Assembly (NCBI GenBank): GCA_963663405.2
Contig: CAXXSM010000132.1
Coordinates: 1 to 64,000 of the forward strand
Origin: a bacterium
GTDB lineage: Bacteria; Hinthialibacterota; Hinthialibacteria; Hinthialibacterales; Hinthialibacteraceae
Length of the DNA stretch: 64,000 nt
Direction: 5' to 3'
The translations under genes and the position numbers were made by a program. Position 1 is the stretch's first letter, and the number at the start of each line of letters is the position of its first letter. Positions 51,401-60,944 of the stretch are shown piece after piece. Under the pieces are notes generated by a model that was not told the DNA's origin, made no database searches, and saw nothing but the letters and a program-made list of their open reading frames with translations.

Positions 51401-52199
51401 CCAAGAAGGAATCCCCAATCGGATCATCCTGAAATTTGAAAGCCGGTTCGCCCCAATGAACGATATTAATCCCCGTATGCGCAAAATGGTCGCGCTCGTA
51501 TTTGATGGCCCAGTTCCCTATTTTGAACCATTGGAACCTCGTTTATGGGAACGGGGACTAATCACCAAAGAGGCCCGTCTTGTCATGCGGGACGATCAAT
51601 CGGCGTCCATTGATGGATCGTATTCCTATAGCAATCAATATGACCAGCAAATCCGGGAAATATTAACCAATCCAGAGGTCGAGAAGCAGTTGATTGACAG
51701 GCAGATCGTCAATGATCTGCGTGGCATCCGGATCGAACAGAAATCGCTGGAAGATGTAGATGACCTTTCTAAACCACCGCGCATTGTCTTTTCCGGTGTT
51801 CTACCGGATATGGCGAAGACGGATGGGCCCAACCAGCTAAGAATTCCCGCTGTCTTGATCCCATCCAACGCCTCCGCGCTGGTCAATGAACCAACCCGCG
51901 AATTTCCAATTCAATTCTTATCCAGTCCGGTCAATGAACCACTTCGACTCCGGTTCGATCTGTCGTCGTATATAAAAGAAGGAGCCACAATTATCCTGCC
52001 ACCCAATACACTACTTCTGACTGAATATGGATACTATTCACTCTATTACGCTTGGGAAGGAACAGATGTCGTTGTCCAAAGATCATTCCTGATCCCTGGG
52101 CAAACGATCCTACCCGATCGATATAAAGGATTCGTAGAATTCTGCCGCACAATTGACCAGGATGAAAAGCGGGAAATCCGTATTTCCTTTCCTGGTTAA
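48411..52199 (+). CDS. Large secreted TPR + DUF3857 paralogue lacking the transglutaminase triad
   Basis: Same architecture as 42200-46135 (WYIVGPFG, KARTIEPDG, FVEFCRTID) but no GDC/NH/D residues; GAAGGA RBS. Confidence 0.8.
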   Translation: MTIRLSKSIFFYSVFVFTAMGSLAFADLDKGWDALFENHYEEARTAFQETLPIDEERALQGLALLAWAQGDTPELARILSRLTVSYPDSPYTPCYFGIWGSSDLQGWEPAKRIDALKQAMEKELPAPIRQRLAYHLSDMLAMMLDPSCGAYAKEAGVLTSQWYIVGPFGQYGAADFFRPFGPETGVRRTYSGFGKEVELHPVTPVSPTGIIEMDGLIYPQTGVSYALNVIESQSEGEAVLTVHSSADYRIWWDGKPVLERTHMKLQTAKTLSVRVPVRKGKILLTVKCQQDDTGWFKIKLQNTADSNLNITSVPFDPSEFADLYHQPFETLSPLVESAEKMVSTYPFVLPEAEYANQDIINEIFLTCWYANRNEFDTAKSHLLNTIKKTPSFAFLQAIYGDLSLLHASNRPGSRSRFQQEGETAFNRALELDPHCKKALVGLVTYYLERRQIDSAREILKTQEEENPELFTKGYTGLLQYAQALLSEHKGFRTDATRQFETLLTGWIPSKEVYRRLFDYYESNNNTIKAAQIISQALNYFPAYLPFLDRASRLDAGTPGAPDAVAWLKKAVALHPYAPRYVYVLGNALERRGQLEDAKALYTDLKDRFPGQPQPIERLASLALAQSDQETAMEAYRALYETTPRWMTPFRALRDIAGENDFPYQKYDSQLEDIEIEKADKWNNSRASSIFLLDIMVLDLHEDGTYDQYIHQAIKILNQEGIRQWAEIDIPAGGHVELIKARTIEPDGTEWAVSNVQRHNGQQSLSMYGVKEGSIVEFAYLERTGNSSPGINYYAGGYFFGTDNDPMVLSKLTLIRPDSIAFHLDSNPNDFAPKITRDKNRTVYTWEQWMQDGLKPEAFAPPLSERVPSIQWTTCPDWLPFVERTRMSITEYEEETQAIDDLIAELKQGVASKLDLVRSIYDWVRESIEDGGGGATTADTIALQAGGEYQRMRLAHQLLRKGGVESHLAAALENNEYDGFRPLPFPNYPAESLLIAPVQEGIPNRIILKFESRFAPMNDINPRMRKMVALVFDGPVPYFEPLEPRLWERGLITKEARLVMRDDQSASIDGSYSYSNQYDQQIREILTNPEVEKQLIDRQIVNDLRGIRIEQKSLEDVDDLSKPPRIVFSGVLPDMAKTDGPNQLRIPAVLIPSNASALVNEPTREFPIQFLSSPVNEPLRLRFDLSSYIKEGATIILPPNTLLLTEYGYYSLYYAWEGTDVVVQRSFLIPGQTILPDRYKGFVEFCRTIDQDEKREIRISFPG

Positions 52200-52515
52200 T
52201 TCTATAACATTTTAAATTAAATAAAAAAATGTGATTAAAAAGATATAAATTGCATTATAATGATGAAATAGGAAAAGTCGAAAGTAAAAAATACAACCTC
52301 ATATAGATATGAGTGTTGAGAAACTTTCACTACATATGATATTCTGAGTTTTATTTTTATGGAACGGCGCATGATCTGGTTATAGGACCTTTGAAACCGT
52401 GTTTCTGATTCTTTTTAATTAAGAAAAATGCTATTTCCATTAAGATTGAGTTAGATCTTTTACACTGCATATAATACAGATAACCATGAACTGAGGAGGC
52501 AGTGAGAGCGGCCGT

Positions 52516-53694
52516 ATGAACGCTAAACGTTATTCCATCTTGGTTGTTGATGATTCGCGCGCCGATCAATTATTAGCGCAGAAAGTTCTTGAAAGCGCTG
52601 GATATACTATTCAGATTGAGTCAACCTGCTCCGGCGCTCTTCAGAATATTCAGAAGAACGTCCCAGACTTGGTTTTACTGGATGTGATGCTGCCGGATGG
52701 AAATGGATACGATCTTTGCCGCCAAATCAAAGAAATTATTGCCGAAAGAGAATTATTTGTTCCCATAATGCTGATCACTTCCAAGAATCGCTCGGAAGAC
52801 AAAGTCATTGGATTTAAGAGCGGCGCCGATGATTATCTCATCAAACCACCCGCCAGTGATGAAATGATCGCCCGCGTGCAAGGCCTGCTCCGGATGCGGG
52901 ATCTTCAACAGGATCTAAAAGAAGCGCATGACCGCGTGGCCCACGCCAACCGCCTCATTGACCGGGAAATGAGAATCATTGGAGATATCCAACGCTCCTT
53001 TCTTCCCCAGGAATTCCCCGCGCATCCCGAACTGGAACTCGCCGCGTTTTACGAACCTTCCATGCAGGCCGGGGGGGATTATTACGATGTGATCCAACTG
53101 GATGAGGAACATTGGGGAATTGTCATGGCGGATATCGCCGGTCATGGAATCTCGGCCGCCGTCGTTATGGCGATCACGCAGATGACCGTTAAAGAATTCG
53201 CCCCCCATCATACCAGTCCAAGCGGCGCCTTGCATGAATTCAACAAGAAATTGAAGCAATACATCACGGAAGACTATTATGTGACCATGTTCTATTCCAT
53301 ATTAAATCTTCAGAATATGGAGATGGTCTACTCTTCCGCTGGACACAATCCGATGTTGTATTACTCTATTTCCGATCGGCGGATTTCTTCACTCGAAACA
53401 GCCAGTGGTTTCCCCCTCCGGACATTCGATATGAAGCGATACGATGAAAGAAAAGTCTCTATCCTCCCCGGTGATAAGATTCTCTTATTTACAGATGGTG
53501 TTACGGATATTATCAACTCAAAGAGAGAATTTTATGGAACGAAACGGTTGGAGAAAACATTTGAAAGAAACGGAGATCGTTCTCCCTCCGATTTGATCCA
53601 AGAAATTGAAAAAGACACGGAAGCCTTCCGGGAAGGAGAAAATCGCCTCGATGATTTCACCCTTCTCATCATTGGCCGCCGGAACTCGTCATAA
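52516..53694 (+). CDS. Response regulator with PP2C/SpoIIE phosphatase output (RsbU-like)
   Basis: REC: VVDD, LLDVMLP, DDYLIKP; PP2C: GGDYYD, DIAGHG, FTDGV, DDFT. Confidence 0.92.
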   Translation: MNAKRYSILVVDDSRADQLLAQKVLESAGYTIQIESTCSGALQNIQKNVPDLVLLDVMLPDGNGYDLCRQIKEIIAERELFVPIMLITSKNRSEDKVIGFKSGADDYLIKPPASDEMIARVQGLLRMRDLQQDLKEAHDRVAHANRLIDREMRIIGDIQRSFLPQEFPAHPELELAAFYEPSMQAGGDYYDVIQLDEEHWGIVMADIAGHGISAAVVMAITQMTVKEFAPHHTSPSGALHEFNKKLKQYITEDYYVTMFYSILNLQNMEMVYSSAGHNPMLYYSISDRRISSLETASGFPLRTFDMKRYDERKVSILPGDKILLFTDGVTDIINSKREFYGTKRLEKTFERNGDRSPSDLIQEIEKDTEAFREGENRLDDFTLLIIGRRNSS

Positions 53695-53753
53695 ACGTCA
53701 ATTGAAAAGAAGCGATGCAGTTGGCGTCCCTCATTCATCCCACTGAACAACAT

Positions 53754-54830
53754 TCACATTTTCACCCAAGTCACACCTTCTACAGACTTCTCCACAAGGG
53801 GAACGATCGCTTCGGGGAAGATAGACTCACTCGCTCCATGACCCACTGTAAGAACGTTAAGCCCCAATTCCTCCGCCTCCCAGAGCAGATGGTATCCCAC
53901 CTCTCCGGTTAGATACGCGTCCACTCCCATCGATGCGGCGCAGGAGATCAACGAATTTCCACTGCCTGTGGAAAGCGCGATTGTTTGGATCTTCCGGCGT
54001 GTATCAGGCCGTGTTCCCGACAGTGTTGTCGGGATAGGAAGGCTTTTCTTCACGCGCGTTTCAAACTGCGGCCAGGACAGTTTTTTTTCAAATTCAACCA
54101 CCCATAGCGCCTGTTCTAAACCGCGCGCGTCCTGCAAGGGATAAAGATCGTATGCGGGTTCCTCATACGGGTGAACCGTATAGAGCGCATGGATCACCGC
54201 CTGCCGCCGTTTGATGGGCAGAACCATCTCCAACCGGTCTTCTTCCTCTCGCTCCAGTTGTCCAGCGCGTCCAACGAAAGGATTGGCGCGTTCGGAACCG
54301 CGGAATGTGCCAGTCCCCTGCAGTGTGAACGAACAAAGATCATACTCGCCAATCACCCCGGCGCCCGCCTGCGCCAGCGCTTCTCTCACACGGTCTGTGT
54401 AATCAGCGGGAACGAAAGTAACAATCTTCAACCGGCCCGCCTGGGGTTTCGCCGCAATGCAATGAGCGTTCACACACCCCAATTTCTTCGCCCATAGAGC
54501 CGCGATTCCTTGCGGGTGAAGATCTATATTGGTATGGGCCGCGTACAGAGCGATATCCCGCCGGATCAATTCCCTGGCGAGACGTTGAACCGCGTCCGTC
54601 TCCACAATTTTTTTCAAAGGACGGAAGAGCAAGGGATGATGAACGAGCAGCAGATCCACTTTTTGACGAACTACTTTTTGGAGGATCTTTGAAGTTACCT
54701 CCAGACTCACGGCCACTCGTTTCACGTCCTGGTCTGGATCACCAATCTGCAGACCCACAGGATCATCCGGCAGCGCCCATTCGAGAGGAACGGCTTGCTC
54801 AATTCGACGGATCAATTCGCACAGTTTCAT
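53754..54830 (-). CDS. Nif3-like dinuclear metal centre protein with PII-like insert (YqfO type)
   Basis: DPVGLQIG, HHPLLF, HTNID, AGAGVIGEYDLCSF, HPYEEPAYD, GHGASE. Confidence 0.92.
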   Translation of the reverse strand: MKLCELIRRIEQAVPLEWALPDDPVGLQIGDPDQDVKRVAVSLEVTSKILQKVVRQKVDLLLVHHPLLFRPLKKIVETDAVQRLARELIRRDIALYAAHTNIDLHPQGIAALWAKKLGCVNAHCIAAKPQAGRLKIVTFVPADYTDRVREALAQAGAGVIGEYDLCSFTLQGTGTFRGSERANPFVGRAGQLEREEEDRLEMVLPIKRRQAVIHALYTVHPYEEPAYDLYPLQDARGLEQALWVVEFEKKLSWPQFETRVKKSLPIPTTLSGTRPDTRRKIQTIALSTGSGNSLISCAASMGVDAYLTGEVGYHLLWEAEELGLNVLTVGHGASESIFPEAIVPLVEKSVEGVTWVKM

Positions 54831-54902
54831 GGTTCCACTTTCATTTACACGTTGTGTTCTCAATCATGATGGTTTTAATGAAAATTGACGAGAGGGTGGC
54901 GT

Positions 54903-55080
54903 GGGCGCCCAGGGCAAGGCTTTTTTCTGCCTTTGCCTTATTCCAAATCACATACGATCGGTGTAATAATCAATTTCCCACTGTTTTTATTTGTGGGTGG
55001 CCAGGGCAAGGTTTTTCATCTGCCCTGGCTACATCCCTGAAATCATGTAAGGGGAGAAAAAAGCCTTCCCCTTGCTACCC
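54903..55080. repeat. Cluster of three REP-like palindromes
   Basis: 54903-54937 GGGCGCCCAGGGCAAGGCTTTTTTCTGCCTTTGCC; 54995-55032 GGGTGGCCAGGGCAAGGTTTTTCATCTGCCCTGGCTAC; 55046-55080 inverted copy. Confidence 0.8.
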
Positions 55081-55195
55081 AGCTGATTGATATATACTTT
55101 GTGTAATCGTAATCTACATTTCTCATTATTATAAACAAGCTCGTTGAAAGTAAAATATGGATCGAAAAGCTCGGATTATGTTAGCGCTCAATATT

Positions 55196-56462
55196 TCATG
55201 TATTGGGCAGCAACAATCCCTTACACAGCCGGTTGGGCGTTAGGAAGGTGTCAAATGAATGCTCCAATTGATCCAGCGTAACAGTTTCGATCCGCTCCTG
55301 ATAATGCACCGCGTTTTCAATCGTAGTCATCGTGTGTCCAAAGCCGAAGGTATGGGCGATAGAAATCACTTTTTCATTGGAAAAAGCGAAATCGGCTCTC
55401 GACATGCTTTTCACTTTGGTCAATTCGCCTGGTAAAATCTGACTGCGCAGTTTTTGCAGTTCTCCGGTGATCTCATCCTCCACCTGCTGGACTTTTTCCG
55501 GTTCCGTCACCGCTTCGATTAGAAACAATCCCGCGTTGGCCAGATTCCAATAACTGCAGCTGATGGAAGAAACAATCCCCAATTCATCATTCAAACGGCG
55601 GTGAAGCCGCGACGATTTCCCCTCTCCAAACACCATTGACAAAAGATCCAGCGCATATTCGTGAGGCGTCTCAAATAGATCCGGCAGCGCGTATCCAAGA
55701 ATTAAGTAGGATTGATTCACGTCCCGTTTCATCGTCACGGATGCCGGCTCCTCAATAAGGGGCCAGTCCAACGCCTCTTCTTCAAATGGCGCGGAAGGAA
55801 AAGGCGTCTGGTCTAGAAGATGATTCAGTTCATCTTCCGCTTCCTGGTAAGAGAGATCGCCGATCAGACAGAGTGTGATATTTTCCGGATGATACCGTTT
55901 TTGATGGTAATCAACAAATGTGTCCCGTTGAATGGTCTCTAGAGATTCGTGCGTGCCCAGCACATCGCGTTGGTATCGGCAGCGGGAAAAGGCGGCGCGA
56001 GTGAATTCATCATATATTTTTGACCAGGGATTATCTTCGTGCCGTTTGATCTCTTCATTGATCACCGCCCGTTCCCGCCTCAATCTCCTCTGGATCGAAG
56101 AGAGGATTCATGAGTGAGTCGATTAGAACGTCCAACGCCTTCTTCCATCCCGCGCTGGGAAGCACAACGTAATAATGGGTATAGTCAAGTGAAGTCGCCG
56201 CATTGTTATACCCTCCCAGCGAGGTAATAATCCGGTCCATCACTCCCACGCCGTGTCTTTCCGTACCCTTAAAAAACATATGCTCGAAAAAATGAGAAAG
56301 GCCATAGTGGGGATCGGGGTCGTTGACAGCGCCGGTCTTCACCCAGATATCGATCCCAATGATCGGGGCGGCCCGCACTTCCTTATGAAGCAACGTAAAT
56401 CCACAGGGGAGAGTGGTTTTTGTATAGGGCATTAGTGGATTGATGGTTTCTGGTTTTCTCAT
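55196..56462 (-). pseudogene. M16 (pitrilysin-family) zinc peptidase split by a 1-nt insertion
   Basis: HFFEH motif in 56055-56462; removing one base near 56078 restores EEIERERAVINEE and joins 55196-56083. May be an assembly error. Confidence 0.8.
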
Positions 56463-56478
56463 CGCATTAACCGATCTT

Positions 56479-57213
56479 TCAATCGAGATTATTCGCGCCG
56501 GTGCGCGCGATCAGGCTGCCCGCTTCATGGAGCGAGGCGCGGGTTTCGCCGCAATCCGCCCACCATCCCTCCAGGATATCATACGTCAGTTCCCCCGCTT
56601 CCAAGTAGGCTTTGTTGACGTCCGTAATTTCAAACTCGTTCCGGCCTGAAGGGGTCAGGGTATCAATGATGTCATATACGCGTTCATCGTACATATAGAT
56701 CCCCACCACGGCGTACTGCGAAGCCGGTTCTTTGGGTTTTTCTGTAATCGTAACAATCCGGCTGTCTTCGAATGACGGCACACCGTACTGTTCAGGGTGA
56801 TCGACTTCTTTTAAAAGAATCTTCGCGCCTTTTTCCTGGCGCCGGAACGCGTCCACATATTGGATGATATTCCGTTCAATAATGTTGTCACCCAGCATGA
56901 CCGCCACCTTGCCCCCGGCGGCGAAATCACGGGTTAGCGAAAGCGCTTCCGCGATGCCGCCCTCGCGGGATTGATAGGTGTAGTGCAGCCGTTTCAGACC
57001 GAATTCCGAGCCGTTGCCAAGTAAAGGAAGGAAATCACCGGCGTGATTGCCTCCAGTGATGATCATAATATCTTCAATCCCAGCTTGAACCAGCGTTTCA
57101 ATCGGATAGAAAATCATGGGACGGTCGTAGACGGGAAGCAGATGCTTGTTTGTCACACGAGTCATGGGAAGCAGGCGCGTTCCCAATCCCCCGGCGGTTA
57201 TGACACCTTTCAT
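56479..57213 (-). CDS. rmlA: Glucose-1-phosphate thymidylyltransferase (short form)
   Basis: AGGLGTRLLP, NKHLLPVY, LGDN, EKP, SGRNEFEITD; overlaps rmlB by 4 nt. Confidence 0.85.
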   Translation of the reverse strand: MKGVITAGGLGTRLLPMTRVTNKHLLPVYDRPMIFYPIETLVQAGIEDIMIITGGNHAGDFLPLLGNGSEFGLKRLHYTYQSREGGIAEALSLTRDFAAGGKVAVMLGDNIIERNIIQYVDAFRRQEKGAKILLKEVDHPEQYGVPSFEDSRIVTITEKPKEPASQYAVVGIYMYDERVYDIIDTLTPSGRNEFEITDVNKAYLEAGELTYDILEGWWADCGETRASLHEAGSLIARTGANNLD

Positions 57214-58241
57214 GATGGTTCTTTTCCTTGAGCCAGCCGCTCACCGTATTGTTTTTTGTAATAGGCTTTGAACTCATCGCCTTTGATCTTTTTCCACCAT
57301 TTCTTATTCTTCTTATACCAGGCGACGGTTCGCGCCAGCCCTTCCTCCAATTGGACGGCGGGAGCCCAGCCCAGTTCTTTGATTTTAGACGAATCCAAGG
57401 AGTACCGGAAATCATGGCCGGGGCGGTCTTCTACGTGAGTAATCAGATCCGCCGGTTTTTTGAGATGTTCCAAGATCAGATCGGCGATGACGCGGTTTCG
57501 TTCTCCAGAGGCGCCGCCGACGTTATAGATCTCCCCGGCTTTGCCTTCCCGCAGAACCAGTTCGATCGCGCGGCATTGGTCTTCAACAAACAGCCACTCC
57601 CGCATTTGATTCCCATCCCCATATAAAGGAAGCGGCTCATCCTCCATCGCGTTCGTGATAAATAGCGGGATCAGTTTTTCTGGATATTGAAACGGCCCAT
57701 AATTATTGGCGGACCGGGTAACGAGCGTGTGCACGCCATAGGTCACATGGTAGGCGTGAGACAACAGATCCGCCCCCCCTTTGCTGGCCGAGTATGGGGA
57801 AGAGGGATATAAGGGGCTCGCTTCAGGCACGGCGCCTTCTAGTACGGGGCCATAGACTTCATCTGTGCTGATCTGGAGATAGCGGCTTATATTGAACTGC
57901 CGGGCGGCCTCCAGAAGGACGAAGGTTCCATGAATATCGGTCCGGAGAAAATCGTCGGGACGGCTGATGGATCGATCCACATGTGTCTCGGCGGCGAAAT
58001 TGACGATCGCGTCGAATTGTTTCTGCGCCACCAAGTCCATGACCAGTTGACGATCGGCGATATCCCCTTGAAAAAAGCAATAGCGGCTGTCGCGCTCGAC
58101 GGATTTTAGATTGTCGAGATTCCCGGCGTAGGTCAATTTATCCAAATTGACAATCTGGATCGATTCATCCGTCCTAAGCATATATTGGATAAAATTCGAT
58201 CCAATGAAACCAGCGCCTCCTGTGACGAGCAAGCGTTTCAT
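57210..58241 (-). CDS. rmlB: dTDP-glucose 4,6-dehydratase
   Basis: GGAGFIG, DKLTYAGN, AAETHVDRS, STDEVYG, YSASK, PEKLIP, DRPGHD. Confidence 0.95.
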   Translation of the reverse strand: MKRLLVTGGAGFIGSNFIQYMLRTDESIQIVNLDKLTYAGNLDNLKSVERDSRYCFFQGDIADRQLVMDLVAQKQFDAIVNFAAETHVDRSISRPDDFLRTDIHGTFVLLEAARQFNISRYLQISTDEVYGPVLEGAVPEASPLYPSSPYSASKGGADLLSHAYHVTYGVHTLVTRSANNYGPFQYPEKLIPLFITNAMEDEPLPLYGDGNQMREWLFVEDQCRAIELVLREGKAGEIYNVGGASGERNRVIADLILEHLKKPADLITHVEDRPGHDFRYSLDSSKIKELGWAPAVQLEEGLARTVAWYKKNKKWWKKIKGDEFKAYYKKQYGERLAQGKEPS

Positions 58242-58437
58242 TCGTTCCACAACTCCTTATTCTGGGGAGCCCGTTCCGCTCATCCTTTTTGGAATCCGCA
58301 TCCGTTACTGGAACCGGGCGCCTCAATCATGAAATCAGCCCGTGTCCGAAACGAACGGGCTGTCTAGTTTAACCTTCTTTATACTCCATACCCTATCATA
58401 TGGAATCCAAAGGGAGAAGCGAAGGGGGGAGGAGAGT

Positions 58438-58474
58438 AAAATGTGAAAGCCGCTCATAACCATGAGCGGCTTTC
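58438..58474 (-). terminator. Strong hairpin terminator upstream of rmlB
   Basis: 13-bp perfect stem GAAAGCCGCTCAT/ATGAGCGGCTTTC, then ACATTTT on the minus strand. Confidence 0.6.
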
Positions 58475-58620
58475 GCACAAATCTTTTTGGTTTTTGAGAA
58501 ACCGTGCCTTATTCTTACATTATTTATAATACCATTTTTTAACCGGTTGTCTAGACTTTTTTTTTGATTTTTTTTTATACTGATATTTTCTATTGAAAAT
58601 CTTTTGTAACAATTTGATTT

Positions 58621-58863
58621 TTATAGACTTTTGTGTCTATACGGTTGATTGGATGGCGCGAAAAACTCTAAAGATCCGCATTCTTTACATCGATAAGCGG
58701 TTACATAATACTGGTCGCGCATCCCTATTTTAACGCCCAAAAATCCCTCTTCGGGCGTACCTTGTACCCAAGATATCCGTTCTAAACGCACAAAATTAAT
58801 ATCCAATAAATATCCTTCCTCCATCTCATGCCCACACCGGCCGCATTTCATCGTCTCATCCAT
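58621..58863 (-). CDS. Small zinc-ribbon protein (DUF6487-like)
   Basis: CGRC..EMEEG and AYRCKECG; AAGGAGG RBS. Confidence 0.75.
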   Translation of the reverse strand: MDETMKCGRCGHEMEEGYLLDINFVRLERISWVQGTPEEGFLGVKIGMRDQYYVTAYRCKECGSLEFFAPSNQPYRHKSL

Positions 58864-59129
58864 TTCATTCCTCCTTATATGGTTTACATTATTTGAGTTC
58901 TTAAGAATATGTTTTATTTAAATAATACGCTTCTCTCCACCGGGTATTTCGTTTTGGAAGAGTTGACACCTAAGACGATTACATATTTATAAATGAAGCG
59001 TTAGTTAATCTTTTAGAGGAATCACTTTATATTTCAGTCTTATGCTGTATATAATTGAATCTTCGGCTTTACAGATTCATCATGATTCTATAAGCAATCG
59101 ATAGAAAAGAAGAATGGATGGAGAAACCA

Positions 59130-60257
59130 ATGAGAACATTCAGAATCATCATGGTTGTTTTTTCTTTCAGTTTGGCGCCCAGCGTCTTTGCGCAGCCGCA
59201 GGGGGAACGGGAATTTCCAGCGGATGGATATACGCCGGGGCAGCAATATCTGGTGCAAATTCGCGTAACGGGGGAGGCGGAAGCGGTTACTGTCACCGAG
59301 ACACCGCCGGAGGGATGGACTGTCGGAAGGATTATGTCCAGTGGAACGCTGCAAGATGGCGTTATCGTATGGGAACTGGCTTCGCTTTCAGGCTCGAAAG
59401 CAATTCGCTACTATGTAAGCGCCGGCGCCGATTCAACGGGAGACGCGGTATTTTCAGGTAATGTTGACGGGATTGAGATTACAGGACACACCCTCATCCC
59501 TCAACTGGTCCCCGGACCCGGCAAACAAGCCCCCGTAATTTCCGATACCCATTACAACTATCAGATCTATCTCCCCGCAACATATGGCGAAGAGGAAAGA
59601 CAATGGCCGCTCATGATGTTCCTGCATGGGGCGGGTGAGCGGGGGAGTGATTTGGAACTCGTAAAAGTTCACGGCCCTCCTAAACTCGTTGAAAACGCCG
59701 CGTCAATGGAGGAAGTCTTTGGCGGCGAATTCAATTTTGTATTGGTATCACCCCAATGTCCATCGAATGAATGGTGGCGCAATGAACAATTAATCCCTAT
59801 TCTGGATGAGATTATCGCTGAATACTCCATCGATACCAGCCGCGTCTATCTGACAGGAATAAGCATGGGAGGATTTGGAACTTGGAGCCTGGGCAGCGCG
59901 ATCCCCGAACGCTTCGCGGCGCTGGCGCCCATCTGTGGCGGTGGAGACGCTTGGGGAACGTTTCATGGCTCGTATAATACAACCTCCGATCTTTCTGCGG
60001 CGGATCCAAACGCGCTCGTGAACACTCCAATCTGGGCGTTTCATGGCGACGCGGATACAACCGTTCCAATAGAAAACGATGAAGAGATCATCAACGCGGT
60101 GTTGGAACTGGGCGGCGATGTGACGTTCACCGTCTATCCCGGAGTCGGTCACGATTCCTGGACACAAACCTATAACAATCCCGAATTGTATGAATGGTTC
60201 ATGCATCACCAACGAAGCGCCACGTCGTCCTCTCCCAGCTGTGAATTGTATAATTAA
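59130..60257 (+). CDS. Secreted esterase/peptidase (alpha/beta-hydrolase) with N-terminal Ig/cohesin-like domain
   Basis: Signal peptide; FLHGAGERG, GISMGG, HGDADTTV, GHDSW. Confidence 0.85.
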   Translation: MRTFRIIMVVFSFSLAPSVFAQPQGEREFPADGYTPGQQYLVQIRVTGEAEAVTVTETPPEGWTVGRIMSSGTLQDGVIVWELASLSGSKAIRYYVSAGADSTGDAVFSGNVDGIEITGHTLIPQLVPGPGKQAPVISDTHYNYQIYLPATYGEEERQWPLMMFLHGAGERGSDLELVKVHGPPKLVENAASMEEVFGGEFNFVLVSPQCPSNEWWRNEQLIPILDEIIAEYSIDTSRVYLTGISMGGFGTWSLGSAIPERFAALAPICGGGDAWGTFHGSYNTTSDLSAADPNALVNTPIWAFHGDADTTVPIENDEEIINAVLELGGDVTFTVYPGVGHDSWTQTYNNPELYEWFMHHQRSATSSSPSCELYN

Positions 60258-60457
60258 CGAATGGAGCCAAAACGGGTGAGCGAGGATTCAATGGAGAGCG
60301 AGCGTCCCGCCCGCAATAATAATCTCAAAACATTCGGCGTATCCGGTAAGTACGTAGTTATCATTATACTCTCATCAATAACGGATGTTACAAAAATCCT
60401 TAACCACTTGACTTGAACCGGATGTTAAAGATAAACGGGATAAAGCAATCAATAGAA

Positions 60458-60500
60458 ATCCTGAAAATCCTGTTCATCCTGGATATCCAGATTCAGACAA
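60458..60500. repeat. Four tandem 9-bp ATCC(T/A)G-NNN units
   Basis: ATCCTGAAA ATCCTGTTC ATCCTGGAT ATCCAGATT CAGACAA. Confidence 0.7.
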
Positions 60501-60521
60501 AATTACAAAATCAGAGAAATA

Positions 60522-60860
60522 ATGAATAGGAAAGACACAAAGCGCGCCTGGAAAGCGGCGCAGTATTCCGCGTTCCTTATTCCCGGCGCCGGACAAATCT
60601 ACAACCGTCAATGGCTGAAAGGCGTGTTCCTGGCGATCGTATTCTTAATCGCGTCAATGGCGGTCTTAGTCCCCATCACCCTCGCGTATATCAATCATTT
60701 CATGGCTTTCAACGGAGAACTCCCAAACCAATCCATATTCACCTTCGAAACGCTCTGGAAAATGAAGTACCCGTTGATTACACTTTCAATCCTATGCGGT
60801 ATAATCTATGTTTATTCGATTGTGGACGCTCTCAAAGAAGGAAAGAATAACAGAGGATGA
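60522..60860 (+). CDS. Small membrane protein (DUF5683-like)
   Basis: SAFLIPGAGQIYN...KG motif, two TM helices, YSIVDA. Confidence 0.7.
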   Translation: MNRKDTKRAWKAAQYSAFLIPGAGQIYNRQWLKGVFLAIVFLIASMAVLVPITLAYINHFMAFNGELPNQSIFTFETLWKMKYPLITLSILCGIIYVYSIVDALKEGKNNRG

Positions 60861-60944
60861 TTGAAGCCGTATTTTCCTCTATATGTGAAGAGTTTTATAT
60901 GTTACGATAAATGTAATCTTCATCATTCTCTAAAGAGATCTTCA

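Noticed and set aside
54689-55090. 133 aa plus-strand ORF
   Set aside because: Antisense to the Nif3 5' end and passes through the REP cluster.
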